Shown piece after piece: positions 51,188 to 61,010 of a stretch of 64,000 nucleotides of DNA. Under the pieces are notes generated by a model, which did not search any database, was not told the origin of the DNA, and worked only from the letters and a program-made list of their open reading frames with translations. A program made the position numbers and the translations under genes. Source of the stretch: Candidatus Bathyarchaeota archaeon (GTDB lineage: Archaea > Thermoproteota > Bathyarchaeia > Bathyarchaeales > Bathycorpusculaceae); assembly GCA_963827165.1 (NCBI GenBank), contig CAWGZR010000003.1, positions 32,001 through 96,000 of the forward strand. The letters run 5' to 3'. The first letter of the stretch is position 1. Each line of letters opens with the position of its first letter.

Positions 51188-52174
51188 TTATGTGGTTTGC
51201 GTTTTTTCCAAGGTCTTAGTTTTGTCGCTAAAGAGAATATTTAGGTGAATTCCTCGACTACCTAGTACCGTTAATAATTCCGCTATGGTTAACGCTGCAA
51301 CAGAGTAGATGGGAATCCAATCGTAAGGGTACATCTGCGAAACGATGTTTCCGTTTACTTCAGCATGCAAAAACGCGTAGCCGATCCCGTAGTAAAAAAA
51401 GAACGGCAGATTTGTAGCCGCCAAAAAAACAGCCGAACCCGCGGCAAACCGAACAATCGAATGCCTATTATACCAAATCAGCAACGGCAACGCCAAAATA
51501 GCTGCTCTGGGGTCAAGTGCGCCAAAAGCAAACATCAAAGCTGAAAGCCACGGCTTTTTGGCGTATCCAAAGTACAAGGCGCCGACTAGAAGGATGGTTT
51601 GGAGGACATGGGCGTTTCCCAACATGTACCCGCAGAAGTAGGTTGGAGAAAAAGTCTGAGCGTTAAGGCTTTGCACGCGGATCATGAGGAGGTTAACGCT
51701 TGAGCTGCTGAATTCAAACGAGGGAAGCGGCTCTATCAAAACAATCGCTGCGGCGACTGAGGCGACAACTAAGTTTTTATCTTTTACAAGTTTGAAAACA
51801 AAGAAGGCCAAAGCTCCGATCAGAGCGAACTCCAATATGTCAAAAACGGCGAGCGCATTAGGGTAACTTAATGCGAGGAAGGGCGCGAAAAGAATTAAGA
51901 ATGACGGCGTGTACTTGAAAGTTTGAGGTTTAGGCGGTATAGAGTACTCTTTTGGTATGAATGCTCCGTTATAAACTTGTGTTGGGTTATGAAATAGTCT
52001 CCATTCTCCAATGTAGTACGCCGAGAAATCCCTCGCGTATTCCGATGATTTAGGAAGTTGGAAAGCAAGGGGGAACGAAAGGGCAAAAGTGAATGCGTTA
52101 AGCGCAACCGCTATTAGAATGACGGTTAGGATTTTTCTTTTTTCAGGTTCCATCTTTTCCCAAATTTTGTTCAT
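51188..52174 (-). CDS. GT-C fold membrane glycosyltransferase (GT87-like)
   Basis: DFSAYY after TM1, FKYTP..L..F.P, multiple TM segments. Confidence 0.7.
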   Translation of the reverse strand: MNKIWEKMEPEKRKILTVILIAVALNAFTFALSFPLAFQLPKSSEYARDFSAYYIGEWRLFHNPTQVYNGAFIPKEYSIPPKPQTFKYTPSFLILFAPFLALSYPNALAVFDILEFALIGALAFFVFKLVKDKNLVVASVAAAIVLIEPLPSFEFSSSSVNLLMIRVQSLNAQTFSPTYFCGYMLGNAHVLQTILLVGALYFGYAKKPWLSALMFAFGALDPRAAILALPLLIWYNRHSIVRFAAGSAVFLAATNLPFFFYYGIGYAFLHAEVNGNIVSQMYPYDWIPIYSVAALTIAELLTVLGSRGIHLNILFSDKTKTLEKTQTT

Positions 52175-52320
52175 CTTGCAGAAAACTTCATTTGATTAAT
52201 GATTTTTTTGCCATAGTAACTGATAGGCTCGGCAAATGTTTTGTCGGCAATCTAAGCCGGTTGTAGGTTAATCTTCGTTTGAGTAATAATAAATTTGTGG
52301 AACGACTCCAAAAAAAGGGG

Positions 52321-52962
52321 TTAATAATAGTATGTAATCGTTACCGTTATTGCATCTGCGATCTTGTCAGTGGTTCCAACTCTTATTTCTAATGTTGTCG
52401 GCAGCACAGGAAATGCGGCGGTTCCCGATTTTCCCACTGTTACGTTCTGGTTGTAGTTGACGCCGGAAACACCGTAAATCGTTTGAACATAGGTTGTGGT
52501 TGAATTCGATGTTGCTTGAACTACAACGTAACCTGAGTACGGAACAGTGTTGTCAAAGGCCACAGTATAGTTCGCTGTAGTCTCTGCGGCTGAACTAATA
52601 ATGGCTTCAGATGACTGCATCGTCAATATGCTTTGAGCAGAATTCAATTGAGCGGTCAAGTTGTTTAACTCGGTATCTATCGATGTAACCTGAGTTTGAA
52701 GGGTTGTTTTGTCGCTGTCAGCCGAGGAGAGCTGGCTTGTGAGGTTCGCAACTTGTGTTTGCAAATTGGTAATTAAACTATCTTTATCGTTTAATTGAGA
52801 TTGCAAACTGTTCGCCGCTGGGTTAATCGCAATAAAACCCACAAGGCTGGCGGCAAGAACAACGCATACCACCACCAACGCGATTACTTTCATGTTTCTT
52901 TTGCCCGCCGAAGGCGGAGGAGGAGGCAAAGGTAAATCCTCTGAATTATAGCCTTGACTCAT
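52321..52962 (-). CDS. Membrane-anchored coiled-coil protein
   Basis: Pro-rich N-terminus, one TM, heptad Q/L/S repeats, beta-rich C-terminus ending YYY. Confidence 0.75.
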   Translation of the reverse strand: MSQGYNSEDLPLPPPPPSAGKRNMKVIALVVVCVVLAASLVGFIAINPAANSLQSQLNDKDSLITNLQTQVANLTSQLSSADSDKTTLQTQVTSIDTELNNLTAQLNSAQSILTMQSSEAIISSAAETTANYTVAFDNTVPYSGYVVVQATSNSTTTYVQTIYGVSGVNYNQNVTVGKSGTAAFPVLPTTLEIRVGTTDKIADAITVTITYYY

Positions 52963-53086
52963 TGTTACCGTACACCCGAGTTTCTATTTTGTGTAGTGAC
53001 TGATTAATAATTATTTCCACATTCGACCCAAAGCCACATCTATGCAAGTTTTGTCGCGCCAATTACACATTTTTATAGTTTTTTTT

Positions 53087-53536
53087 CTAGTACTTCGCGC
53101 TCAGATACAACAGCACAGATAACGCGACTAACTCGAATAAGCTTGGTAGAAACGCGAATGGTCCTAGTCCGTAGGCCCTGAATCCGTAAATTTTAGTTAT
53201 AAACGGGCTTGAGGTTAAATCTCTGACGAGGAAGACAAACGCGAATATCACGAGTCCAATTGTGAATGGTGAACGGGTTTTAACGTAGATGTTAACGTAA
53301 ATTACGATTAAGATAACCAGCAGTGCGATGTTGATTGTCGAGATTATTGTGTTGGCTACGTAGAAGAACTCGAGGTCTCCTGAAACCATGCCTGGAGAAG
53401 TGACGTGCCTCCCGAAGTACCCAATGTGCTGCTGAATGAACGTTAGTGCCAAAACCGTCGCTACAACTGCAACTATCGCTAAAACTGCGATAATCAAGCC
53501 AAGTCTCAGTCTTTTACTGCTCATTTGTTTTTCCAT
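53087..53536 (-). CDS. Small multi-pass membrane protein, partner of the ArsR-like regulator
   Basis: Four TM segments, Y.NIY.KTRS.FT.GL motif; directly downstream of the wHTH gene. Confidence 0.75.
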   Translation of the reverse strand: MEKQMSSKRLRLGLIIAVLAIVAVVATVLALTFIQQHIGYFGRHVTSPGMVSGDLEFFYVANTIISTINIALLVILIVIYVNIYVKTRSPFTIGLVIFAFVFLVRDLTSSPFITKIYGFRAYGLGPFAFLPSLFELVALSVLLYLSAKY

Positions 53537-53555
53537 GTTCTGTTTTCTCCTTTTT

Positions 53556-53858
53556 CTACTTTTTCCCGATTTTCTTCGTAATCTCCTCAAACATTTGGTA
53601 ATTGTCTTCCATCACTTGTGACAAAAAATAGGTGGCGCCGTACCTGTCTCCGATTGAACTAATAATCTTGTTCTTTTCTAAGACTTCAAGATGGTGTCTC
53701 ATTGTTTTGTAATCCATCTTTAAAGATATGGCGAGTTGATTGGCGTTTTGTGGCGTTTGCCTTAGTGACTCTATTATTTTCGCTCGGGTAGGACCGCCTC
53801 GTGTTCCTGCGATAAGCCATCCTAATAAGTATCTTAGCGAGCGAGCATTACTAGACAT
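53556..53858 (-). CDS. ArsR-like winged-helix regulator (paralog of 46934..47263)
   Basis: GTRGGPTRAKII, NANQLA..LKMDYKTMRHHL. Confidence 0.9.
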   Translation of the reverse strand: MSSNARSLRYLLGWLIAGTRGGPTRAKIIESLRQTPQNANQLAISLKMDYKTMRHHLEVLEKNKIISSIGDRYGATYFLSQVMEDNYQMFEEITKKIGKK

Positions 53859-54065
53859 TGGGGGGCTCCTTGCTGAAGAGATTCTTTGAAACTCTAATCT
53901 GAATCAGGTAATAAACCTGTCTTTCCCTTCAGGACCCGCAATCTTCATTGTTAAGGTAAGATTCGGTCTAACCTGTGTTCTCTTATAATGTCGAAAGTTT
54001 AAATTGGGTGGGATTTGGGTAACATTATGAAAAATCGTTTAATAGTCTTACGTAATACTTTGTGG

Positions 54066-54161
54066 AAGGCAGTCAGAAACGAGAATGGGAATCAACAGAG
54101 GCCATAAGCCCAAAAAAACTGCCCAAAATAAATACCCCTTCGTTCTCTATCTGACTGCCTT
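54066..54161 (+). promoter_or_regulatory. Long stem-loop in the leader of the ABC operon
   Basis: AAGGCAGTCAGA (54066-54077) is the perfect reverse complement of TCTGACTGCCTT (54150-54161); inner AACGA/TCGTT pairing. Confidence 0.55.
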
Positions 54162-54187
54162 ATTATGATAAATGAAAGGTGTACCCG

Positions 54188-55631
54188 ATGGGTGTAATGA
54201 ATCGAGCTATAAGAAACATATCAAGAAGAAAGATTCGAGCTTTACTTGTAATAATAGCGCTTGGTTTTTCCATGGCGATATTAGTTACAATTCCAGCCGG
54301 TGTTATGGCAAACCAGAAAACCGCCAACAACGTCACATCAGGTCTTAGCAGCGCTATTAACCAAACTGGTCAATCAATAAACCAAACGTTGTCTCAAATC
54401 GACGTTTCCCTAGGATCGGGCATGTCAGGTTTCGGTTTCACCCCGCCTTCAGGGACCACGGGTAACGGCGGATACGGTGGAGGCTTCGGCGGCGGATATG
54501 CCGGTGGAACCACCGGAGGCGGCTTTTTCAGGCAATTTGGCGCAGGACAACCATCAATGATGAACGAGAGCGAATACAGTGACATCAGCAGTATCAGCGG
54601 CGTTGCGGCTGTCGAGCCTGAACTCCAAGTCAACGAGGGATCTCACAACGAAACAGTTACAGCTCCCTTTGGCGACCGAACATTCACGGAGTCGGTTCCT
54701 ACTTACGTAGTTGAAGGTATACCATTAACTTCTGAATTCATCAACACTTACGGAATGCTACCAACAAACGTTACTTCAGGGCAAAACTTGCAGGTGGGCG
54801 AAACCGGTGACGTTTTGCTGAGCCAAAGCGACGCAACCTACTTTGGCGTAACTGTGGGACAGACGGTAAGTATTCTAGGTGAAAACTTCCAAGTTGTCGG
54901 TATTGTTGGGACCACCGCCTTTGGAAACTCTAGGCAACTTGGATTCGAAAGTACTGTACATGAACCTGGCTGATGCCCAAGCAATAACCGACAACCAAGG
55001 AAACGTAACCAGCCTGATCGTTTATGCACAAAACCCAGGTCTTGTAAGCCAAGTAAGCACTGCAATAACTTCGGCTCATCCTGAAGTTACAGCCAGCCAG
55101 CCTGTCGGTGCAACGCTTGAATCCAGCCAATCTAACTCCACAACTGTTGAAGAAAGCGCGGCTGCGGCGCTTACCTCGTCTAACCAGACAGCCGTTGAAG
55201 AAATCGTCATAGTAGTTATAGCTACCAGCCTCATAGTTCTCTTTGTCATGCTCTATACCGTACGCGAGAGAACCCGCGAAATCGGCACGCTAAAAGCGAT
55301 AGGGTTCAGCAATGCCACAGTCATGAGCCAATTCCTAATCGAAGGCATCTTCTTAAGCGTAATAGCAGGCGTCGTCGGCATCGCAATCGGAGTTTTGGCA
55401 GCGCCAAAGTTAGCAGCGCTGTTGCTTCCGATGAATCTGTTTGGAAGCTCCAATACGGGTGCAGCAGGAGTCGCGCGGTTCACCTCTTCATTGACTGCTT
55501 CTGTAACGGTAAGCCCCGAACTTGTCGGAATAATATTTGGGGCTGCAGTAGCACTTGGAGCTTTAGGTAGCCTTTACCCTGCGTGGAGAGCAGCCAAGAT
55601 TAAACCAGCAGAGGCGATGAAATATGAGTAA
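54188..55631 (+). pseudogene. MacB/FtsX-family ABC permease with one frameshift near 54925 (real or sequencing error)
   Basis: RNISRRKIRALL N-terminus in one frame; LYMNLADAQ...VRERTREIGTLKAIG...YPAWRAA in the +1 frame. Confidence 0.8.
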
Positions 55632-56427
55632 GCCAGTTTTGCAACTCGAAAAGCTGGGCAAAACCTACATGCTAGGCAAACGAGGCGTTCCCGCCCTTTC
55701 CAACTTGAACCTCACGGTGAATCAAGGAGAGTTCATTGCGATCATGGGTCCTTCAGGGTCAGGCAAAACAACATTGCTTAACGTAATTGGTTGCATCGAT
55801 AAACCGACTAATGGCAAGATTATCTTAGATGGCGTTGATGTTACCGGCATGCCAGAAAACGATCTTTACAAGATTAGACGAGACAAGATGGGTTTCGTGT
55901 TTCAAACTTTTAATCTGCTGCCTTACCTTAACGCGAGGGAAAATGTTGAGTTACCAATGGAAGGCAAAATCAATTCTAAGGATGAGCGAAAGAAAAAAGC
56001 AAGTGAACTCTTGGCGAAGGTTGGTCTTTCGGGAAGAGAAGAACATCGTCCAAGTCGGCTCAGTGCTGGTGAGCAGCAACGAGTTGCTATAGCACGCGCC
56101 TTAGCTAATGACCCGGCAATAATCTTAGCTGATGAGCCAACAGGAAACTTGGACGGTCAAAACAAGCAGGGAATCATAAAGCTGCTGGCTAACCTCAACA
56201 TCACGCAAGGCACCACGATAATCATGGTTACCCATGATGGAGAAGCCGCGAATCACACCGAAAGAATGCTTCTTCTGAGAGATGGAAAAATAATCAAGGA
56301 AAAGCAAGGTTCGCATGCATTGAAAAAGAAGAATGTTTGTCCACGATGCGGAAACCCAATCAAGCCAAGCGACGACGTATGCCCAAGCTGCCAAAAACCA
56401 ATCTATTCAACTGAAGAAGCATTCTGA
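55624..56427 (+). CDS. MacB/LolD-type ABC ATPase with C-terminal Zn ribbon
   Basis: [39 protein letters not shown]. Confidence 0.94.
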   Translation: MSKPVLQLEKLGKTYMLGKRGVPALSNLNLTVNQGEFIAIMGPSGSGKTTLLNVIGCIDKPTNGKIILDGVDVTGMPENDLYKIRRDKMGFVFQTFNLLPYLNARENVELPMEGKINSKDERKKKASELLAKVGLSGREEHRPSRLSAGEQQRVAIARALANDPAIILADEPTGNLDGQNKQGIIKLLANLNITQGTTIIMVTHDGEAANHTERMLLLRDGKIIKEKQGSHALKKKNVCPRCGNPIKPSDDVCPSCQKPIYSTEEAF

Positions 56428-56464
56428 CTGAAACTAATTACCCCCCTCAAAACCCTTTAATTTT

Positions 56465-57757
56465 ATGAGGCTGACAAGTCTTTTCATGGAACCCCCCGCA
56501 ATTCCCCAATTTCCTCCTCAGATTCCTCCAATACAGCCACCGCAGCCACCTCCTGAACAACCTCGTGAGCATCCTTCAGAACCGAAAAAGAAACGTTTTT
56601 CAGCAGTATTGATAGTTGCTCTTCTGCTCGTTTGTTTGGTTGCGGGCGGCTTTATCGGCTACGCCATAAGCTATTCTTCTTTCAACAGTAAACTTACAAG
56701 CATCCAGAATCAACTGGCGGCACATTCTCAAAACGACACGTATAACACTTATCCTAATGCCACCTACGTGATAGGTGAAAACGTTTCCTTATCTTCTCTT
56801 TACGCCGAAGTTAAGTCGTCAGTTGTCGTAATAGAAGACTTGGTGCCTACGCAAACGCTGTTTTTCGAAGGTTACTCTCAGCAGCAAGGCTCAGGCTTCA
56901 TAACCGCCGTCAACAATCAACTTGTCATAGTTACCAACAACCACGTCGTCAATGGCGCCTCAAACATAACAGCAACTTTCGCTGACGGAGCAACCTATCC
57001 CGCAACAGAAATAGGGTCCGACCCGCTGGCAGATATCGCAGTCCTCACTATCACCCCCATGCCAAGCGGGTTAACACCTCTAACCCTTGTCAGTTCCAAC
57101 GGTTTGCAGGTCGGTCAATCCGTCGTCGCGGTTGGTTCACCTTACGGGTTGCAGGGTACATTGACTACGGGCGTAATCAGCTCGCTGGAGAGAACCCTTA
57201 CTGAAACTGAACCCGACGGCAGCCAAGGTCCAACAATCCCCGATACCCTCCAAACAAGCACCGCCATCAATCCTGGCAACTCAGGCGGGCCGCTCCTTAC
57301 TTATGCTGGCGAAGTCGTTGGCATAACCACAGCGGCGGTCAGCAACTCAAACGGTTTGGGCTTCGCAATTCCATCCGCCACCATTATACGTGAACTCAGC
57401 TCGATCGTAACGACAGGAACATACAACAACCATCCGTCAATAGACACGTCAGGAACAGACATGAACTACCAACTTGCCCAAGCAATGCATACAGATGTGA
57501 CTTATGGGTACCTAGTAGAAAGTGTCTCAACTCAGAACGGACTCCAAGGCGGCAAAACCCAAGTCACAATTTTAGATCAGAATTACATCATCGGTGGCGA
57601 CATCATAATAAGCGCCAACGGAACCCCAATAACCAACACCGATTCGCTTCTCTCATACCTTGAACGAAACACGCTACCCGGACAAACTGTCGACTTCACA
57701 GTAGTGCGGGGCGGGGCAACACAGACAGTTTCAGTTACAATAGACAAGTTGACTTAG
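56465..57757 (+). CDS. HtrA/DegP-family serine protease with PDZ domain (second copy)
   Basis: Pro-rich N-terminus, TM, GSGF, TNNHVV, DIAVL, AINPGNSGGPL; likely ATG start at 56486. Confidence 0.93.
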   Translation: MRLTSLFMEPPAIPQFPPQIPPIQPPQPPPEQPREHPSEPKKKRFSAVLIVALLLVCLVAGGFIGYAISYSSFNSKLTSIQNQLAAHSQNDTYNTYPNATYVIGENVSLSSLYAEVKSSVVVIEDLVPTQTLFFEGYSQQQGSGFITAVNNQLVIVTNNHVVNGASNITATFADGATYPATEIGSDPLADIAVLTITPMPSGLTPLTLVSSNGLQVGQSVVAVGSPYGLQGTLTTGVISSLERTLTETEPDGSQGPTIPDTLQTSTAINPGNSGGPLLTYAGEVVGITTAAVSNSNGLGFAIPSATIIRELSSIVTTGTYNNHPSIDTSGTDMNYQLAQAMHTDVTYGYLVESVSTQNGLQGGKTQVTILDQNYIIGGDIIISANGTPITNTDSLLSYLERNTLPGQTVDFTVVRGGATQTVSVTIDKLT

Positions 57758-57798
57758 AAATCCCCAACTTTTTGTCGAGTAGCCGCCTATTTTGAATT

Positions 57799-59638
57799 CT
57801 AAGCTGATCCTCTTAGCCGTTTAATGGAAAGTACCAAGCCACTTGCTAATGCAGCTGCAACTATGATTACCCACACCCACCATTGCATCCACAAAGGTTC
57901 GGTTTGCTGTCCCGCAGTGTTGCTGATTTGTAAGTCTTGAATTTCTGTTTTTGAGTCGTGTCCAATGTAGATGTCGGTTGGGTTCGGGATCTTACCTGTG
58001 GGGTTGGCGGATCCGGAGGCAACGGTTACGGCTTGTTCTTGTCCATTGACGTAAATGTGCATTCCTGTGGTTGTGCTACGGGTGAAAACCACGTGGACCC
58101 ACGTGTCGTTAGGAAGCGGTGCCACAGTGTCAATTTCGTTCAAACCGCTTGGTGTCACAACATAGCCGCGGAGTGATCCTATGACTGGACTGCTTGCGTT
58201 TGTTGGGGTTTGGCCGTTAATGGCGAGCCCAAGGGTTCTGGTTGGCAAAGCGGCTGTGGTTCGAACGGCTTCGATGTAGATGTTGTTGTAGGCTACGCCG
58301 CTTTTGATTGCTTGAATGTTCACCCAAGCATCAATTGTTATTTCGTTGGGTGTTAGAAGGCTTGGTGAAGTTTGTACTGTTGCAAAGACGTTTCCGGTGA
58401 AGTTTAGTGCTTCTCCGAACTTGCCCTGAACTAATCCGGGGGTGTTGTTGTAAACGGGTGTTTCGGAGCCCAAGATAGCGGGGTTATTGCCGGTTGAATC
58501 TGGGGAGACGAGGCTGGGTTCAACAGTACCCAGTGACCATGAAGCAACAATGCTGTTTGATTGTGCGGTGGGCGGATTGATTGTCTTTGGTGGGTTGATC
58601 AGGTTTGCAGTATTGAGCTGGGTCATGAGTGGGTAATTGTCCATGTTGCTCGTGTTGATCACGTACGGTGTGTTTCCAAATCCTGACGAGCCAGCTTGAG
58701 AGGCATCAGGGTACTTGGTTAGGTAGTCGCTCCAGTAGTTTCCGCCTGCCTTGACGCCGTTATCCCAGTACTCTGTCATGGCTGAGGAGTTGTCCCATGC
58801 GTTGATGTTGTTTACAAAGTTGTTTTGGTAAATTCTGTTTTAGGGGTGCAGTGAGTTGCAATGTGACAAAGACGCCGTATTTGTTGCCTTGTATGTCGTT
58901 TGCAGAAATGATGTTTTCAGATCCTGCGAGAAAGATGCCTGATTCAGTGTTGGACTCGATGTTGTTGCCAAAAACTAATGAGTAAGATACGCCTAAGCCG
59001 ATTCCTCGGTAGTCGCTTACAATATTGTTTTTGGAGATCACATCTGAGTAACCTCTCATTTCGATGCCTGACACCGCGTTTCCTATGATGTTGTTGTCTG
59101 AAACGGTGTTTTCTGCTCCGCCGTAGAAGCAGATGCCGTTTTTAAGGCTGGATTTTACGGTGTTCTGGGTTATGGTTGTGTAGGCTTGTGTTGAGCAGAA
59201 GATGCCGGTGTAAGTGTTCTGCACGATGTTGCTGGTTATTGTGCAGTTGTCGCCTTCAACCCAGATGCCGTAGGCGTACATGGCGGTTTGCGAGTAGTTT
59301 AGGCTCTCAATTGTGAAGCCTGAAACTTTCACGTTGTCTGCCGCCAAAACCAGCACTGCCGTTGGAGTTGAGCCGCCGCTTCCGATAATGCTGGTGTCGG
59401 TGTTATTCTGCCCCTCAAGCGCCAAAGGTTTATCGATTACCACGTTTTCGTGATAAACGCCGCTTTGAACAAAGACAGTGTCGCCAGCGGATGCTTGACT
59501 AACCGCTGCACTTATCGTTGGGTACTCTTCTGGAACAGTGAGTGTCTTGGAGGCCTTGGATTCGTGAATGGTCGCCATCCCAAGGGTTGCTAATAAAACT
59601 GCAATTAATGCCAGACTTTTGATGAGTTCTCTCTTCAT
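57799..59638 (-). pseudogene. Surface protein (NosD-type beta-helix + LamG + TM anchor) split by a frameshift near 58840
   Basis: Signal peptide, VPEEYPTI, beta-helix repeats; the frame switch restores NRIYQNNFVNN..WD..GNYWSDY; LamG W.HV..T..YVNG; C-terminal TM. Confidence 0.8.
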
Positions 59639-59819
59639 ACCATCGCATCCCGCTAAAGCTTTCTAAGCTTAAATGGATACGGTAAAATATTACTCTCCCT
59701 AAAGAACAAACTGTTCCGCCAAAAGAACACCCCTACCCAACCGTGCAGAGCTGATTTTGGGCTTTTCCCCGCCAGACGCTTCTGTTGGGATAGCTGCGTC
59801 GAGTTGTTTGCAGTCTCAT

Positions 59820-61010
59820 TTATCGGCGGAAGAGTCTTCGAACGACAAAAACAATGAATTGCCCATGCATTGTTTTCACCAAGTTCGCGTAAACTTTCAC
59901 GGGCATTTCTGAGCCGTCCTTTTTGAGGTGTACCATTTCGAGGCTTGCATCCTTCTTTTCCATGATATGCCTCAAGAGACCTTCGAGCGCAGCCGCGTCT
60001 TTAGGCGGCATCAGCACGCGAATGTTTACATTGAGGAATTCGTCGAGGCTGTAACCGTAGGCTTCGGATGCGGCGACGTTGGCATAGACAAAATCGCCTT
60101 TGACGTTGGCGAGAAAAATCGCTTCCTTCGCGTTATCCAAGATTGTAGCTCTGAGCTTTAGTCCTTCGTCTGTTTTCTGCTGTTCCTGAATCTTCCTCGT
60201 CAATTCCTCATTTGTCTCTGCGCATTCTGCGGTCCGTTGAGCCACAACCTGCTCAAGTCTTCCACGATAAGCCGCAAGCTCAGCTTCAATTGACTTGTTC
60301 CTCGTAATATCCATGGACAAAATCAAGAGGCCTTCAGGTACAGGTTCTATATGAAGTTCAAACCAGGATTTGGATCCGTCTGAAAAAGTAAATTCGTTGT
60401 CCATTTGATGAGGAACGCGGTTTGTCATGCAGTTTCTAAGGTGTCTGAACAAGTCGGTTTTGTCAATGTCTGGGTAAACTTGCATCATATGGTAGCCGAT
60501 TAGTTCCTGCTTTTTCTTTCGTCCCTGCTTAGCTGCCGCGTCATTTATGTATAGGTAGCGCCAGTCAAAATCGATGATTTGGCATCCTTCAATCATGAAG
60601 TCTAACGCGCCTTGGAGACGATTCTCAACTTCTCTTGCCGGCGACCACTCTGTTATGTCGTTGCCTGAGGAAAGCATGCCAATTGTGTTTCCGCCTTTGT
60701 CACTGACTAATATAATGTGGAAATCAAATGTTCGATCCACGCCGCTACGTGTTAGAACCGGGTATTTGCTGTGAACGTGGCGAAGGGAACCTTTCAGTAT
60801 GTCGTGGAAGAGGCGTCTTGTGGTTTCTCTTTCTTTTTCTGGGACAAATGTGTCAAACCAGTTTTTGCCAACAACCTCAGATTTTGCGTAACCCACTATT
60901 TCAGATGCTTTAATGTTTATATCCATGATTGACTCGTCGCTGCCGATTACTATCATTAGGGCATCTGCAAGGTCGAAATATTTTTGGGCTAAGTTATTTT
61001 GTTTCTCCAA
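59820..61010 (-). CDS. Multi-PAS domain protein without kinase or output domain
   Basis: Three PAS blocks (GKNWFD, YLYINDAA, KKDGS), coiled coil LEQVVAQRT; 17-nt overlap with the glgP end. Confidence 0.85.
   Translation of the reverse strand: MEKQNNLAQKYFDLADALMIVIGSDESIMDINIKASEIVGYAKSEVVGKNWFDTFVPEKERETTRRLFHDILKGSLRHVHSKYPVLTRSGVDRTFDFHIILVSDKGGNTIGMLSSGNDITEWSPAREVENRLQGALDFMIEGCQIIDFDWRYLYINDAAAKQGRKKKQELIGYHMMQVYPDIDKTDLFRHLRNCMTNRVPHQMDNEFTFSDGSKSWFELHIEPVPEGLLILSMDITRNKSIEAELAAYRGRLEQVVAQRTAECAETNEELTRKIQEQQKTDEGLKLRATILDNAKEAIFLANVKGDFVYANVAASEAYGYSLDEFLNVNIRVLMPPKDAAALEGLLRHIMEKKDASLEMVHLKKDGSEMPVKVYANLVKTMHGQFIVFVVRRLFRR

Noticed and set aside
54415-54545. Gly-rich low-complexity repeat
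   Set aside because: Common flexible loop in MacB-type permeases.
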